The notes beneath the pieces are model-generated. The model saw only the letters and a program-made list of their open reading frames with translations. It did not search any database and was not told the DNA's origin. Made by a program: the position numbers and the translations under genes. A stretch of 39,725 bases of DNA from Candidatus Micrarchaeota archaeon (GTDB lineage: Archaea; B1Sed10-29): NCBI GenBank assembly GCA_964579265.1, contig CAZOFO010000005.1, positions 2,390-42,114 of the forward strand, read 5' to 3'. How positions within the stretch are numbered: the first letter of the stretch is position 1; every line of letters begins with the position of its first letter. Shown here piece after piece: positions 38,822 through 39,725 of the stretch.

Positions 38822-39725
38822 ATGGATAAAAAAATAGGAATAATACTGATCGGGATCATAGCGATAATAGGCACTTTCGTAGCAGTTCAACTCATAAGAG
38901 AAGAACCAGAACCAGAACCGGAACCTGAAATCCCTGAGATAGAAGCAAATGAATTAACGATAAATATAGAAGGACAGGGTGAAACAGACCCGATAGAAGG
39001 CACACACGCATACGAAGTAGGAGAGGAAGTTACAATCACAGCAGAGTCGGACGAAGGTTGGTACTTCAATAAATGGACAGGATACATAGAAGAAACAGAA
39101 GAAGAAATTACAGTTACGATGGATGAGGATAAAGAAGTGACAGCACACTTCGCAGATGAAGAGATAACATACTATGACTTAACGATCAATGTAGAGGGTG
39201 AAGGAGAAACAGATCCAGAGGAAGGCACCCATACATACGAGGAAGATGAAGAAGTCACAGTAACAACTACACCTGAAGAAGATTGGTATTTCAATGAGTG
39301 GATAGGCGACTGCACCGGAACAACCTGTACACTAATCATGGATGAAGATAAAGAGATAACAGCATACTTCCAAGAAGACGCACCTGATTTAGATCTAAGT
39401 ATAAATGTAGAAGGAGATGGAGAAGTAGAAATAGATCCGGACAAGGATGAATTCGAAGAAGGAGATCAAGTAACACTAACAGCAATACCATCAGAGTATT
39501 TAGGAGAAAAATGGCTATTCGAAGAATGGACAGGAGATTATACAGGCACGGAAGAAGAAATCACAATAACGATGGAAAAACATACTCAGATAACAGCTCA
39601 TTTCATAGAAGAAGATGAAGAAGAAGATGAAGAAGATGAAGAAGAAGACGATGATGAAGAACCTGAGATAGGATACACCATCACAACAAACATCGAAGGA
39701 GAAGGAGAAGTGGAAACGGATCCAG
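38822..39725 (+). CDS. Large acidic surface protein built from divergent-InlB-B-repeat-like modules; 3' partial (runs off the window)
   Basis: Not in the ORF track because no stop falls within the window. GGTGA lies 8 nt upstream. N-terminal anchor MDKKIGIILIGIIAIIGTFVAV, an (EP)4 linker, and at least four repeats of about 66-70 aa (LTINxEGxGETDP…GTH.YE…V.VT….W.F..W.G…T.TMDEDKE.TA.F). Confidence 0.6.
   Translation, partial: MDKKIGIILIGIIAIIGTFVAVQLIREEPEPEPEPEIPEIEANELTINIEGQGETDPIEGTHAYEVGEEVTITAESDEGWYFNKWTGYIEETEEEITVTMDEDKEVTAHFADEEITYYDLTINVEGEGETDPEEGTHTYEEDEEVTVTTTPEEDWYFNEWIGDCTGTTCTLIMDEDKEITAYFQEDAPDLDLSINVEGDGEVEIDPDKDEFEEGDQVTLTAIPSEYLGEKWLFEEWTGDYTGTEEEITITMEKHTQITAHFIEEDEEEDEEDEEEDDDEEPEIGYTITTNIEGEGEVETDP
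38954..39725 (+). repeat. Tandem protein-coding repeats (at about 38954-39151, 39179-39370 and 39395-39604, with a fourth starting at 39674), plus an acidic (E/D)n spacer at about 39605-39670
   Basis: Hand alignment of the translated repeats; the nucleotide sequences diverge while the protein pattern is conserved. Confidence 0.55.

Noticed and set aside
38897-38925. GAACCAGAACCAGAACCGGAACCTGAA hexanucleotide-like repeat
   Set aside because: It encodes the (EP)4 hinge of the repeat surface protein and is in frame and coding. It is not a non-coding microsatellite.
1-39725. Searched for CRISPR arrays, tRNA/rRNA genes (GC-rich islands in an AT-rich background), IS elements and integrases
   Set aside because: No direct-repeat-and-spacer periodicity was found. 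No intergenic GC-rich 70-90-nt segments with tRNA-like stems were found. No transposase or integrase motifs were found. All intergenic gaps are short and AT-rich.

Overview
This 39.7 kb window is strongly AT-rich and almost entirely coding; I infer it comes from an archaeon, probably a reduced-genome lineage (DPANN-like).

Support for that inference:
- The recognisable genes are nearly all archaeal information-processing or housekeeping genes: ABCE1, Pelota, both RFC subunits, PCNA, RadB, type IA topoisomerase, Cdc48, LonB, RNase Z, Csl4, RpoL, a DUF99 protein, an e-MtaB-type methylthiotransferase and archaeal-type iPGM.
- Several of these proteins carry K/E/I-rich low-complexity inserts.
- Shine-Dalgarno-like GGAGG or GGTGA motifs sit 6-10 nt upstream of many starts.

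Not seen: tRNA or rRNA genes, CRISPR arrays, transposases or integrases.

The parts that housekeeping does not explain are two cell-surface loci:
- At 18.1-20.7 kb there are about seven small genes whose N-termini look like archaeal class III (prepilin-like) signal peptides, arranged as two convergent operons. A divergently transcribed three-gene operon of K/E-rich coiled-coil proteins lies next to them (20.8-22.6 kb).
- At 33.6-39.7 kb there is a paralogous family of class-III-signal proteins with a conserved 6-8-cysteine module. One member is fused to a PKD domain plus a divergent-InlB-B-repeat-like module. It is followed by a large acidic, repeat-built surface protein that is cut off by the window end.

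The ribosome-rescue and quality-control genes ABCE1, Pelota, an NFACT-R/DUF814 protein and Cdc48 all lie within about 13 kb of each other.

All functional calls come from motif recognition by eye; no database search was run.
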